A stretch of 23,413 nucleotides of DNA from Candidatus Eiseniibacteriota bacterium (GTDB lineage: Bacteria; Eisenbacteria; RBG-16-71-46), in the NCBI GenBank assembly GCA_044222065.1, contig JBGAOA010000058.1:3503-26915 (forward strand), given 5' to 3'. A model generated the notes under the pieces. That model saw only the letters and a program-made list of their open reading frames with translations, was not told the origin of the DNA and made no database searches. The position numbers and the translations under genes are program-made. This document shows positions 1-9,465 of the stretch, piece after piece; the stretch's first letter is position 1; every line of letters begins with the position of its first letter.

Positions 1-642
1 GGCGTGCCGGTGTCCGGCACGCCCCCCGCCGGGATCGCTCATGCGTGGACCCGCGATGAGGCGCGTGATCAGCTCGTGGTCTTCTCGGCCGGCGCGGTGG
101 AAAGCGTGTCCGTGCTCGACCGGATCGCTTCGGACGTCCTCGAGTGGAGGCATGCCGCGCCGAGCGGAGCGTCGCCGCCGGCGCTCGAACCGACGACCGT
201 GCCCGCGCTCGATCCGGCGCTCGCGCCCGTGACCGCGGCGGTCTTCGATCCGGTGCGGCGTCGCGCGGTCCTGTTGTTTGGAGAAGCGGTGCCGTACGAC
301 GACGGCGGCGTCGTGCGCTATCGCGGCGTCCACTGGGCGGCGATCGTCCGTGACGATCCCATCGCGGAGGCGCCTGCCGGATCCGTCTCGCTGCGGCTCG
401 CGCCGCCCTCGCCGAACCCGACGCGCGCGAACTTGCACGCCGCGCTGACGCTTCCCGACGACCAGCCGGGCGAGCTGAACGTTCTCGACGTATCGGGACG
501 ACGCGTGTTTGGGCGGCGCGTCGAGGGCGCTGGGGCGCACGAATTGGTGGTCTCCGTGTCGGCCCTGCCTCCGGGCGTCTATTTGCTTCAGGTCCGCCAT
601 CCGGCGGGAACGCGCACGACCCGTTTCCTGCGAATTCCCTGA
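1..642 (+). CDS. C-terminal part of a secreted protein with degenerate propeller/Kelch-like blades and a T9SS type A / FlgD-like C-terminal sorting domain (5' truncated)
   Basis: Frame is open from the window edge. The C-terminus SPNPTR...LNVLDVSGRRV...LPPGVYLLQV...TTRFLRIP fits the Por-secretion-tail pattern. The segments RDEARDQLVVF and FDPVRRRAVLLFG resemble propeller blades. Confidence 0.7.
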   Translation, partial: GVPVSGTPPAGIAHAWTRDEARDQLVVFSAGAVESVSVLDRIASDVLEWRHAAPSGASPPALEPTTVPALDPALAPVTAAVFDPVRRRAVLLFGEAVPYDDGGVVRYRGVHWAAIVRDDPIAEAPAGSVSLRLAPPSPNPTRANLHAALTLPDDQPGELNVLDVSGRRVFGRRVEGAGAHELVVSVSALPPGVYLLQVRHPAGTRTTRFLRIP

Positions 643-700
643 GCCTCGCGCTCCGACGTCGAACCCGCGTTCCCGGCCTCGCCTCGACGCGGAACGCGAC

Positions 701-737
701 GGGCCCGCGCGGCGTGCATCCGCCGCGCGGGTCCCTT
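701..737. terminator. 14-bp GC hairpin between convergent genes, probable terminator
   Basis: GGGCCCGCGCGGCG-tgcatc-CGCCGCGCGGGTCC (one G-U pair). The U-tail is weak. Confidence 0.5.
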
Positions 738-745
738 GTCCCGGT

Positions 746-1336
746 TCAGCCGTCGAGCGTCGGGCGCTGGGACGGCCGGGTGGCGGACCGCTGCCGCTCC
801 CGCCACGCCGCGAGCAAAGCCCGCGTCTCGGCGTCGGGCCGCGCGGCGAGCTTGCGGTATTCGGAGCAGTCGCTCGTGCGCGTCAACAACCGGTGGTCCA
901 CGAGTTCGCGCCTCAGCGTCACGTGGTCACCGAACGTGTTGGCCTCGCGCAGCACCGCGTTCACTTCCTTTTCGGAGTAGACGCGGCGCGCGTCGAAGCG
1001 CGTCCACAGGATCCACATCGCGAAGCGCTGCACCGCGAACTTCCGCGGCCACCGCACGAGGCGTCCGCGCGTGTCGAACTGCCGCAGCGCGCGGCGCGCC
1101 GTCGGCGAGAGCGGTGCGAGCGGTTCGCGATCCTCGGCGGCGAGCGGAGCGGCGGGGGCGCGGAGCGACGCGCGCAACGCCTGCACGTTGCGGTGGCCCG
1201 CGGCGCGCGCGATCAGGTTGAGCATCTCGACGTGGGTCGGGGGCGACGACGACTCGCGTTCGGCGAGCGCGCGGCTCAGCGCGCGCGCGAACGCCGACAG
1301 GTCGTCGGTGGCGAACGGAACGGTTTCTCGGGTCAT
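746..1336 (-). CDS. DUF2087 domain-containing protein
   Basis: ATG at 1336 with GAGGT SD. The motifs GRLVRWPRK, YSEKEVNAVL and DHVTLRRELVDHRLLTRTSDCSEY match DUF2087. The longer ORF-track start at 1540 is not supported. Confidence 0.85.
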   Translation of the reverse strand: MTRETVPFATDDLSAFARALSRALAERESSSPPTHVEMLNLIARAAGHRNVQALRASLRAPAAPLAAEDREPLAPLSPTARRALRQFDTRGRLVRWPRKFAVQRFAMWILWTRFDARRVYSEKEVNAVLREANTFGDHVTLRRELVDHRLLTRTSDCSEYRKLAARPDAETRALLAAWRERQRSATRPSQRPTLDG

Positions 1337-1530
1337 GGCGCTACCTCGTGTGCGAATCGCACGCTCGCGACCTGAAGGATCAGGCTGCCGGGGGTCGCCG
1401 ACTTGCCGGCCGGGCGCGCGCCGCAAACGCGGGAGCGTCTCCGTGACCGATGAGAGGGGCAGGTTTAGCTCGCGGACTCGTGGCCCGCGCGGCGACGCCT
1501 GGGTGAACTGCCGACCCGGGCGGGAACATA
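1337..1530 (-). promoter_or_regulatory. Putative -10 box (TATGTT) and ~180-nt structured 5' leader of the DUF2087 gene
   Basis: TATGTT at 1530-1525. Hairpins CCTGA-tcct-TCAGG and TGCG-att-CGCA lie just upstream of the SD. AT-rich core AGCTAAACCT at 1470-1461. Confidence 0.4.
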
Positions 1531-1711
1531 GCGGATTCACGCGGCGAAACCGAGCGCGCGCGAACGTCGCGCCGGCCCCCGCGGGCGCTCGCTCATCGCT
1601 TGCCGCCTCCGAGCCGACCCGCTAGTTTTCCCCGTCCTTTCTCGCACTCCCTCTGGACGACTCCCGAGGCCGCTCCGAGCCCGCAACGGGCTTCGATGGA
1701 CCGGAGACCCC

Positions 1712-2851
1712 ATGAACCTTCACGAGTATCAGGGCAAGGAACTGTTCGCCCGTTTCGGGCTGCCCGTCCTGCCGGGACAGGTAGCCGCCACCCCCGACGA
1801 GGCGCGCGACATCGCGGCTTCGATCGGCGGGCTCGTCGTCATCAAGGCACAGGTGCAGGTCGGCGGCCGCGGCAAGGCCGGCGGCGTGAAGCTCGCGCAC
1901 GACCCGGACGAGGCCTTCGAGAAGGCGCGCGACATCCTCGCGCTCACGATCAAGGGTCTGCCCGTGCACCGCGTGCTCGTCGCGCAGGCCGCGGACATCG
2001 CGAAGGAGTACTACCTCTCGATCGTGATGGACCGCGAGAAAAAGGCGCCGCTCGTCATGTTCTCGACCGAGGGCGGCGTGGACATCGAGGAGGTGGCGCG
2101 CACGGCGCCGGAGAAGATCCTCCGCATGCACATCCCGCTCGAAGGGCTGCGTCCCTACGTCGCGCGCAACTTCATGCGCAAGGGCTTCGCGGACTTCAAG
2201 CAGGCCGCGCAGGCTGCGGACATCCTGATGAAGCTCTACCGCGTGTTCACCGACGGCGACTGCTCGCTCGCCGAGATCAACCCGCTCGCGGTCACGCCCG
2301 AGGGCAAGGTGCTCGCGCTCGACGCGAAGGTGATCCTCGACGACAACGCGGACTTCCGGCATCGCGAGTGGGAGACGTGGCGCAATCCCGAGGAGGAGAC
2401 GGCCGGCCAGCGGCTCGCGCGCGAGAAGGGCCTGTCGTACGTGAAGCTCGACGGCGACATCGGCTGCATCGTGAACGGCGCCGGGCTCGCGATGGCGACC
2501 ATGGACCTCATCAAGCACTACGGCGGCGAGCCCGCGAACTTCCTCGACATTGGCGGCTCGTCGAACCCGGAGAAGGTCACCGCGGCGCTGCAGATCATCA
2601 CGGGCGACGGCCACGTGCGCGCGATCCTGTTCAACATCTTCGGCGGAATCACGCGCTGCGACGACGTCGCGAACGGCATCGTCACGTCGCTCAAGGCCTC
2701 GCCTCTGCCGTGCCCGCTCGTGATCCGACTCACCGGCACGAACGAGGAGAAGGCGCGCCAGATCCTGTCGGACTTCGGGCTCGGCGCCACGACCAGCATG
2801 GACGAAGCGGTGCAGATGGTGATCGCGCGCGCGCAGGAGGTGACGGCGTGA
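1712..2851 (+). CDS. sucC: Succinyl-CoA synthetase beta subunit
   Basis: [70 protein letters not shown]. Confidence 0.98.
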   Translation: MNLHEYQGKELFARFGLPVLPGQVAATPDEARDIAASIGGLVVIKAQVQVGGRGKAGGVKLAHDPDEAFEKARDILALTIKGLPVHRVLVAQAADIAKEYYLSIVMDREKKAPLVMFSTEGGVDIEEVARTAPEKILRMHIPLEGLRPYVARNFMRKGFADFKQAAQAADILMKLYRVFTDGDCSLAEINPLAVTPEGKVLALDAKVILDDNADFRHREWETWRNPEEETAGQRLAREKGLSYVKLDGDIGCIVNGAGLAMATMDLIKHYGGEPANFLDIGGSSNPEKVTAALQIITGDGHVRAILFNIFGGITRCDDVANGIVTSLKASPLPCPLVIRLTGTNEEKARQILSDFGLGATTSMDEAVQMVIARAQEVTA

Positions 2852-3900
2852 GCATCCTGATCGACAAGAACACGCGCCTCATCGTGCAGGGCATCACGGG
2901 ACGCGACGGCGCGTTCCACACCGAGCAGATGATCCGCTACGGCACGAAGGTCGTCGCGGGCGTGACGCCCGGCAAGGCGGGCGAGTCCGTGCACGGCGTC
3001 CCGGTGTTCGACAGCGTCGCCGACGCGGTCGAGGCGACGAAGGCGAACGCGACCGTCATCTACGTGCCCGCGGCGTTCGCCGCAGACGCGATCCACGAGG
3101 CGGCCGACGCCGGCGTGGCGCTGATCGTGTGCATCACCGAGGGCCTGCCGGTGCGCGACACGCTCGGCGCGTTCCACAAGGTGCTGTCGATGCGCGGGGC
3201 GAACAACCCGCTCGGTCGGCCGCGGCTCGTCGGACCGAACTGCCCCGGCCTCATCACGCCGGGGCAGGCGAAGGTCGGCATCCTGCCCGGGCACATCGTG
3301 ACGCCCGGTCCGATCGGCGTCGTCAGCAAGAGCGGAACGCTCACGTACGAAGTCGTGAAGCAGCTCACCGACCAGGGCCTCGGCCAGACGACCTGTCTCG
3401 GCATCGGCGGCGATCCCGTCATCGGGACGGACTTCATCGACGCGCTGTCGCTGTTCGAAGCCGATCCGAAGACCGAAGGCATCGTGCTGATGGGCGAGAT
3501 CGGCGGGAACGCCGAGGAGCAGGCGGCGCAGTTCATCAAGCGCCACGTGACGAAGCCCGTCGTTGCGTTCATCGCCGGGCAGACCGCGCCCCCCGGAAAG
3601 CGCATGGGGCACGCGGGCGCGATCATCTCGGGCGGCACCGGGACCGCGGCCGAGAAGATGGCGGCCTTCCAGGCGGTCGGCGTTCCGGTCGCGCGCATCC
3701 CGTCCGAGATCCCCGGGCTCATCTCCGAACTGCTCCAGCGCCGCCGTTCGCGCAAGAAGGCGAAGGCCTCGAAGCCTGCGAAGGCCCGCGGTGGAGCGAA
3801 GGCGAAGCCGAAGCGCGCGGCGAAGCCCGCCGGGAAGAAGCCCGCCAGGCGCAAGGCTCCCGCCGGCAAGAAGCGCGCGAAGCCGCGCGGCCGGCGCTGA
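2848..3900 (+). CDS. sucD: Succinyl-CoA synthetase alpha subunit with a 53-aa basic C-terminal tail
   Basis: GTG start overlaps the sucC stop (GTGA) with AGGAGG SD. Motifs [33 protein letters not shown] and RMGHAGA (phospho-His). Confidence 0.97.
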   Translation: MSILIDKNTRLIVQGITGRDGAFHTEQMIRYGTKVVAGVTPGKAGESVHGVPVFDSVADAVEATKANATVIYVPAAFAADAIHEAADAGVALIVCITEGLPVRDTLGAFHKVLSMRGANNPLGRPRLVGPNCPGLITPGQAKVGILPGHIVTPGPIGVVSKSGTLTYEVVKQLTDQGLGQTTCLGIGGDPVIGTDFIDALSLFEADPKTEGIVLMGEIGGNAEEQAAQFIKRHVTKPVVAFIAGQTAPPGKRMGHAGAIISGGTGTAAEKMAAFQAVGVPVARIPSEIPGLISELLQRRRSRKKAKASKPAKARGGAKAKPKRAAKPAGKKPARRKAPAGKKRAKPRGRR

Positions 3901-3966
3901 CGTCGAATTCGAACCGATCACGAGCACTCATGGTCCGGCGCGAGCGCCGGTGAAGGAGGAAGTCCG

Positions 3967-4389
3967 TTGGCCATCGAACGCACGTTGTTCATCGTGAAGC
4001 CGGACGCGACCGCGCGGAACCTGACCGGCAAGATCCTCGCGCACGTGGAAGGCAAGGGATTCAAGCTCGTCGAGGCGCGCTACACGCGACTCACGCGGGA
4101 GCAGTGCCAGGAGTTCTACGCCGAGCACGTCGGCAAGGGCTTCTTCGCCGAGCTCGTGGACTTCATGACGTCCGGTCCGGTGATGCTCACCTGCCTCGAG
4201 CGCGAGGGCGCGGTCGCGACGCTGCGCGAGGTGATCGGCGCGACCGATCCGGCGCAGGCGGCCGAGGGCACGGTCCGGAAGCTCTATGCCGAGAGCAAGG
4301 GCCGCAATTCGGTCCACGCCTCGGACAGCGTCCCGAGCGCCGAGCGCGAAGTGAAGCTGTTCTTCGGCGTCGCCGCGCTGTCGCACTGA
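3967..4389 (+). CDS. ndk: Nucleoside diphosphate kinase
   Basis: TTG start with AAGGAGGA SD. Motifs ERTLFIVKPD, FMTSGPV and NSVHASDS (catalytic His). Confidence 0.97.
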   Translation: MAIERTLFIVKPDATARNLTGKILAHVEGKGFKLVEARYTRLTREQCQEFYAEHVGKGFFAELVDFMTSGPVMLTCLEREGAVATLREVIGATDPAQAAEGTVRKLYAESKGRNSVHASDSVPSAEREVKLFFGVAALSH

Positions 4390-4401
4390 CGTTCGTGTTC
4401 C

Positions 4402-4437
4402 CGACGGGTCCGGGATCCCCGGGCCCGTCGTTCGTTT
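4402..4437 (+). terminator. Intrinsic terminator after sucCD-ndk
   Basis: Stem CGACGGGTCCGG / CCGGGCCCGTCG followed by TTCGTTT. Confidence 0.65.
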
Positions 4438-4520
4438 CGGACCCGCAAGCCGCCGTGAGCAGACGAGTTGCCTGAATGTTGGCGGGCCGGCGGCAAGGCT
4501 GGACGCTCCGAATCGCGCTG

Positions 4521-4529
4521 TGTTAGCGT
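4521..4529 (+). promoter_or_regulatory. Putative extended -10 promoter for the yceD-rpmF-fab operon
   Basis: TGT-TAGCGT, 40 nt upstream of the yceD ATG. The same TAGCGTGCCGCGC recurs at 19397. Confidence 0.45.
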
Positions 4530-4569
4530 GCCGCGCGTTCGGGCCCGGTTTGAGGGGCTCATTTTGTAT

Positions 4570-5055
4570 ATGTCCTCGTTCCTGATCGATCTCGCGACCC
4601 TCCAGTCCGGCCACAACCGGCTGGAATTGCAAGAGGATGCAGCGGGGATCGATCTCCCCGCGGCCGACTGGGTCGGCCGTGTGAGCGGGGAGCTCGACGT
4701 CGAGAAGACCGGCGAGCAGATCACGATCCGCGGGAAACTCCGGGCCGTCGCACAGCTCGAATGCGTGCGGTGTCTCAAGGAGTTCGAACAGCCGATCGTG
4801 GCCGCGCTTGAGGTCTATGCGGACCGCTCCGGGAGCGGGCGTCACTCGGCGGACGAGTCCGATCTGGAACGAGACGACTACATGAAGTTTCACGATGGGC
4901 GGCGCCTCGACGTGAGGGATGAAGCGCGCGAGAGCCTGCTGCTCGAATTACCGATGGCGCCACGCTGTCGCGATCATTGTCGGGGACTCTGTCCGCGCTG
5001 CGGAGCGGATCTCAACGACGGGGACTGCGGCTGCGAGAAGACGATCGACGCGTAG
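4570..5055 (+). CDS. yceD: DUF177/YceD family protein
   Basis: Motifs ECVRCL, LLLELPM and CRDHCRGLCPRCGADLN; canonical position before rpmF. The ATG at 4570 is preferred over the start at 4468. Confidence 0.92.
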   Translation: MSSFLIDLATLQSGHNRLELQEDAAGIDLPAADWVGRVSGELDVEKTGEQITIRGKLRAVAQLECVRCLKEFEQPIVAALEVYADRSGSGRHSADESDLERDDYMKFHDGRRLDVRDEARESLLLELPMAPRCRDHCRGLCPRCGADLNDGDCGCEKTIDA

Positions 5056-5081
5056 TCGGCGCCGGGGACGGAGGATTCACG

Positions 5082-5264
5082 ATGGCGGTTCCGAAGAGGC
5101 GGCACTCGCACACGCGCGGCAAGAAGCGGCGCACGAACTGGAAGGCGAAGCGGACGGGCATCAATACGTGCTCGCACTGCAGCAGCCCGAAGCAGCCGCA
5201 TCGCATCTGCCCGAACTGCGGGTTCTACGACGGCGAGGAGATCGTCACGCCTCGCGAGGATTAG
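5082..5264 (+). CDS. rpmF: 50S ribosomal protein L32 (zinc-ribbon form)
   Basis: MAVPKRRHSHTR...CSHC...PHRICPNCGFYDG; GGAGG SD. Confidence 0.98.
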   Translation: MAVPKRRHSHTRGKKRRTNWKAKRTGINTCSHCSSPKQPHRICPNCGFYDGEEIVTPRED

Positions 5265-5283
5265 TCCTCTCGCGAACCTGCCG

Positions 5284-6312
5284 ATGGGCACCGTTCCGCG
5301 CATCGGGATCGACGCCATGGGGGGCGATCACGGCCCCTCCGTCGTCGCCGAGGGTCTCGCGTTGGCGCGCCGTGAAATGTCCGGCCGCTTCCGCGCCTGT
5401 CTCGTCGGCGACGAGGCCGACATCCGCCGCGAGCTGAAGCGTCACCATCTGTCGGACGCGGATGCCGACGTCGTGCACGCCCCCGAGCGCGTGGACATGG
5501 CCGACAAGGCCGCCCGCTCGGCCCGCCGCGGCGACAAGACGTCGCTCGGCATCCTGACGCGACTGCACAAGGAAGGTCAGGTGGACGCGATCTTCAGCGC
5601 CGGGAACACGGGCGCCGTCGTCGCGACCGCGCTGCTCGGACTCGGGCGGCTCGAAGGCGTGTCGCGTCCTGCGCTCGCGGCGTTCTTCCCGAACGGGAAG
5701 CCCGGTTCGGGCACGGTCGTGCTCGACGTCGGCGCGAACGCCGAAGTGAAGCCGCAGTACCTGGTCCAGTTCGCGCACATGGGCGCCTGCTACGCGCGTT
5801 ACCTGCTGGGACGCGAGAACCCGCGCGTCGGACTGCTCTCGATCGGCGAGGAAGAGGGCAAGGGGGACGCGCTCGTGCTCGAGGCGTACCCGCTGCTCAA
5901 ATCGGCTTCGCACCTGAACTTCATCGGGAACGTCGAAGGACGGGACATCCTGAAGGACACGTGCGACGTGATCGTCACCGACGGCTTCACCGGCAACGTC
6001 GCCCTGAAGACGGCGGAGAGCGCCGCCAACCTGCTCATGGGCGAGGTGCGACGAGCGGTGAAGAGCGATCCGCTCGCGATGCTCGGCGCGCTGTTCATGC
6101 GTCCCGCGCTGTCGCGAGTGCGCCGCTCGATCGATTGGGAGGAGTACGGCGCCGCGCCACTCCTCGGCGTGAACGGCGTGTGCTTCATCGGTCACGGTTC
6201 GAGCCGCGGGCGCGCGTTCCGAAGCGCGATCCGCACGCTGACGGCGTTCGTGGAGCAGCGCGTCAACGAGCACATTCGCGAGGAGATCCAGTCCGACCAT
6301 GTCGCGGCCTGA
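5284..6312 (+). CDS. plsX: Phosphate acyltransferase PlsX
   Basis: IDAMGGDHGP, SAGNTGA, LDVGANA, GNVEGRD, DGFTGNVALK, GAAPLLGV, HGSS. Confidence 0.97.
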   Translation: MGTVPRIGIDAMGGDHGPSVVAEGLALARREMSGRFRACLVGDEADIRRELKRHHLSDADADVVHAPERVDMADKAARSARRGDKTSLGILTRLHKEGQVDAIFSAGNTGAVVATALLGLGRLEGVSRPALAAFFPNGKPGSGTVVLDVGANAEVKPQYLVQFAHMGACYARYLLGRENPRVGLLSIGEEEGKGDALVLEAYPLLKSASHLNFIGNVEGRDILKDTCDVIVTDGFTGNVALKTAESAANLLMGEVRRAVKSDPLAMLGALFMRPALSRVRRSIDWEEYGAAPLLGVNGVCFIGHGSSRGRAFRSAIRTLTAFVEQRVNEHIREEIQSDHVAA

Positions 6313-7363
6313 GGCGATACGCGGAGTGACGATCACCGGAACGGGACGCTACGTGCCCGAGCGGGTGCTGACGAACAGCGACCTCGCGAAGCTCGTCGAC
6401 ACTTCGGACGAGTGGATCGTCGATCGCACCGGCATCCGCGAACGGCGCATCGCGGCCCCCGAACAGGGATCATCCGACCTCGCGTTCATCGCCGCGCGCC
6501 GCGCGCTCGAGATGGCGAAGGTCGCGGCCGCGGACCTCGACCACATCATCCTCGCGACCACGACGCCGGACCGCATCCTGCCGTCGTGCGCGTGCACGCT
6601 GCAGAAGAAGCTCGGCGCCACGCGCGCCGCGGCGTACGACATGTTCGCGGCCTGCACCGGCTTCGTGTTCGGGATCGGAATGGGGCGTGCGCTCATCGCC
6701 GCTGGCGCCGCCGAGCGCGTGCTCGTGGTCGGCGTCGAGACGCTCTCGCGCATCGTGGACTACACCGATCGCAACACGTGCGTGTTGTTCGGCGACGGCG
6801 CCGGCGCGGCCGTCCTCGAGACGTCCACGAGCGGGGAGGGCCTGCTCGCGGTGGACATGCACTCGGACGGCGAACTCGGCGAAGTGCTCGAAGTGCCGTC
6901 CGGCATCTCGGTGAACCCCGCGTCCGAGCACACGGTTCGCGCGCGCGAGCACTTCATCCGCATGCAGGGCAAGAAGCTGTTCCCGTTCGCCGTCCGCTCG
7001 ATGGAGGACAGCGTGCGCAAGTGTCTCGACGCCTCGGGGCTCGCGCCGGACGACCTCACGCTGCTCATTCCGCACCAGGCGAACGTGCGCATCATCGACG
7101 GCGTGCGCGAACGACTCGGCGTTCCCGCCGACCGCGTGTACGTGAACATCGAGCGCTACGGGAACACGTCTTCGGCCTCGATCCCAATCGCGCTCGACGA
7201 GGTCGTGCGGGCGGGACGCGTGAAGCCCGGCGACCGCGTTGCGTTCGCGGCGTTCGGCGGCGGGGCGACGTGGGGTGGCTCGCTGATGCGCTGGACGATT
7301 CCCGTCGAGCGCGCGACCGATCCCGCGCTCGAGGGCGCGGACGCGGTCGGAGCGCAGCGATGA
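6299..7363 (+). CDS. fabH: 3-oxoacyl-ACP synthase III
   Basis: DTSDEWIVDRTGIRERR; catalytic Cys in AACTGF, His in IPHQAN and Asn in GNTSSAS. Confidence 0.97.
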   Translation: MSRPEAIRGVTITGTGRYVPERVLTNSDLAKLVDTSDEWIVDRTGIRERRIAAPEQGSSDLAFIAARRALEMAKVAAADLDHIILATTTPDRILPSCACTLQKKLGATRAAAYDMFAACTGFVFGIGMGRALIAAGAAERVLVVGVETLSRIVDYTDRNTCVLFGDGAGAAVLETSTSGEGLLAVDMHSDGELGEVLEVPSGISVNPASEHTVRAREHFIRMQGKKLFPFAVRSMEDSVRKCLDASGLAPDDLTLLIPHQANVRIIDGVRERLGVPADRVYVNIERYGNTSSASIPIALDEVVRAGRVKPGDRVAFAAFGGGATWGGSLMRWTIPVERATDPALEGADAVGAQR

Positions 7364-8319
7364 AGCTCGCATTCCTGTTCCCGGGACAGGGCGCCCAGAG
7401 CGTCGGCATGGGGCGTGCGCTCGCGGACGCGCATCCCGAGGCGCGCGATGCGTTCACGACCGCCGACCGGGTGCTCGGCTTCGCGCTCAGCGAGACGTGC
7501 TGGAACGGGCCGGCCGAGGAGCTGAAGAAGAGCGTCATCACCCAGCCGGCGCTGCTGACGCACTCGGTCGCGGCGTGGCGGCTCGTCGAGAAGGCCGGCA
7601 TCGCGCCGTCGTGGGTCGCCGGACACAGCCTCGGCGAGTACTCGGCGTGCGTGGCGGCGGGAGCGCTGTCGTTCGAGGACGCGCTCCGGCTCGTGCATCG
7701 CCGCGGCGAACTGATGTACCGCGCCGGGCTCGAACGCCCGGGCACGATGGCGGCGATCCTCGGACTCGACACCGCGGCCGTGGAATCGGCGTGCGAGGAA
7801 GCGGCGGACGCCGGCGTCGTCCGGGCCGCGAACCTGAACGCGCCGGGACAGGTCGTGATCTCGGGCGAGGTGGCCGCCGTCGAGCGGGCCTGCGAGATCG
7901 CGAAGACGAAAGGCGCGAAGCGCGCGATCCGGCTCGAAGTCAGCGGAGCGTTCCACTCGCCGCTCATGGCGCCGGCCGCGAGCGGCCTCGCCGAGGCGCT
8001 GCGCGCGACCGAGATTCGCGACGCGCGCTGCCCGATCGTCTGCAACGTGGACGCGCGGCCGGTGTCGTCGGCCGCCGAGATCCGTGACGCGCTCGAGCGC
8101 CAGTTGCTCGGTTCGGTGCGCTGGGAGCCGTCGGTTCGCGCGCTGCTCGCCGCGGGCGCCGAGGGATTCGTCGAACTCGGCACGGGCAAAGTGCTGCGCG
8201 GTCTGCTGCGGACGATTCACAAGGACGCGGCGTCGTGGAACGTCGAGGATCCGGAGAGCCTCCAGCTGACGCTGCAGGCGCTCGGGGCCGCGGCGGGCGC
8301 CGGAGGAGGCGTGGCGTGA
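7360..8319 (+). CDS. fabD: Malonyl-CoA:ACP transacylase
   Basis: ATGA overlap with fabH. Motifs [22 protein letters not shown] and VSGAFHS. Confidence 0.97.
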   Translation: MKLAFLFPGQGAQSVGMGRALADAHPEARDAFTTADRVLGFALSETCWNGPAEELKKSVITQPALLTHSVAAWRLVEKAGIAPSWVAGHSLGEYSACVAAGALSFEDALRLVHRRGELMYRAGLERPGTMAAILGLDTAAVESACEEAADAGVVRAANLNAPGQVVISGEVAAVERACEIAKTKGAKRAIRLEVSGAFHSPLMAPAASGLAEALRATEIRDARCPIVCNVDARPVSSAAEIRDALERQLLGSVRWEPSVRALLAAGAEGFVELGTGKVLRGLLRTIHKDAASWNVEDPESLQLTLQALGAAAGAGGGVA

Positions 8320-9095
8320 ACGAAACCCAGGCGGTGGAATCGGCGGGACTCGACCGCGATCTCGCGGGCCAGGTCGCCTTCGTGACCGGCGGCGCGACCG
8401 GGATCGGGCTCGCGATCGCCCGGACGCTCGCGGCGCGCGGGGCGAGCGTGGCGATCTTCAATCGCAACGTCGATCGCGCCGCTGCGGCGGTCGCCGCGAT
8501 GCGCGCGGAGGGGCGCACGGCCTCGGCCTACGCCGCGGACATCGCGAACACGGAATCCGTGGAGGCGGCGTTCGAGGCAGCGCTCAAGGAACTGGGCCGG
8601 GTGGACGTGCTCGTCAACAACGCGGGGCTCACGCGCGATGGCCTCTTCATGCGCATGACGGACGCGCAGTGGGAGGAAGTGCTCAATACGAACCTCGCCG
8701 GGGCATTCCGATGCTGCCGCGCCGTCGCGCGCACGATGATGAAGGCCCGATACGGCCGCATCGTGAACGTCTCGTCCGTCGTCGGGCTCATGGGCAATGC
8801 CGGCCAGGTGAATTACTCGGCCTCGAAGGCCGGGCTCCTCGGGCTCACGATGTCGCTCGCGCGCGAGCTCGCGGGGCGCAACATCACGGTCAACGCCGTC
8901 TGCCCCGGCTTCATCGAAACCGAAATGACCGCGTCGCTGCCGGACTCGGCGCGACAGGATCTGCTCCATCGCATTCCGCTCGCGCGGCTCGGGCGTCCCG
9001 AGGAGGTCGCGGACGTCGTCGCGTTCCTCGCGTCGCCGCGCGCCGCCTACGTCACCGGACAGGCCTGGACGGTAGACGGCGGCATGGTGATGTAG
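8316..9095 (+). CDS. fabG: 3-oxoacyl-ACP reductase
   Basis: GTGA overlap with fabD and GGAGG SD. Motifs [21 protein letters not shown] and PGFIET. Confidence 0.96.
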   Translation: MNETQAVESAGLDRDLAGQVAFVTGGATGIGLAIARTLAARGASVAIFNRNVDRAAAAVAAMRAEGRTASAYAADIANTESVEAAFEAALKELGRVDVLVNNAGLTRDGLFMRMTDAQWEEVLNTNLAGAFRCCRAVARTMMKARYGRIVNVSSVVGLMGNAGQVNYSASKAGLLGLTMSLARELAGRNITVNAVCPGFIETEMTASLPDSARQDLLHRIPLARLGRPEEVADVVAFLASPRAAYVTGQAWTVDGGMVM

Positions 9096-9136
9096 TCCAA
9101 TGCAGGAATACCCCAACCCCCACAGGAGGTGATTCG

Positions 9137-9385
9137 ATGGCCACGTTCAGCGAAGAACGCGTGAAGGAGATCATCGCGAAGGAACTCGAAGTCGACGTCA
9201 AGGATCTCGGCGCCGACAAGAAGTTCATCGAGGATCTCGGCGCGGACTCGCTCGACATCGTCGAGCTGGTGATGGCGCTCGAGGAGGAGTTCGGACTCGA
9301 CATTCCGGACGAGGATGCCGACAAGCTCAAGACCGTCGGCGACGCGATGAACTACCTCAAGCAGCACGCCGCCGCGCAGTCCTGA
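9137..9385 (+). CDS. acpP: Acyl carrier protein
   Basis: [29 protein letters not shown] contains the phosphopantetheine Ser. Confidence 0.98.
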   Translation: MATFSEERVKEIIAKELEVDVKDLGADKKFIEDLGADSLDIVELVMALEEEFGLDIPDEDADKLKTVGDAMNYLKQHAAAQS

Positions 9386-9465
9386 CGAGTGCCCGCCCGA
9401 GCCCGGAACCGCAGGGCGGTGACGGGCGCGGGCCGGCGGTGAATCCCCAACGGAGCTGACCGCAC

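Noticed and set aside
1600..2847. 766-aa ORF suggesting a long N-terminal fusion on SucD
   Set aside because: The extra part is an alternate frame of sucC, Arg/Gly-rich and typical of high-GC DNA. SucD starts at GTG 2848 with an SD.
6412..7359. Long upstream extension on FabD; similar ORF-track extensions on AcpP, the anti-sigma factor and AccC
   Set aside because: These are stop-poor shadow frames overlapping real genes. Each gene has a clear downstream start.
9386..9465. GC-rich imperfect hairpin between acpP and fabF
   Set aside because: Irregular pairing expected at this GC content and no U-tail. At most an ordinary mRNA stability element.
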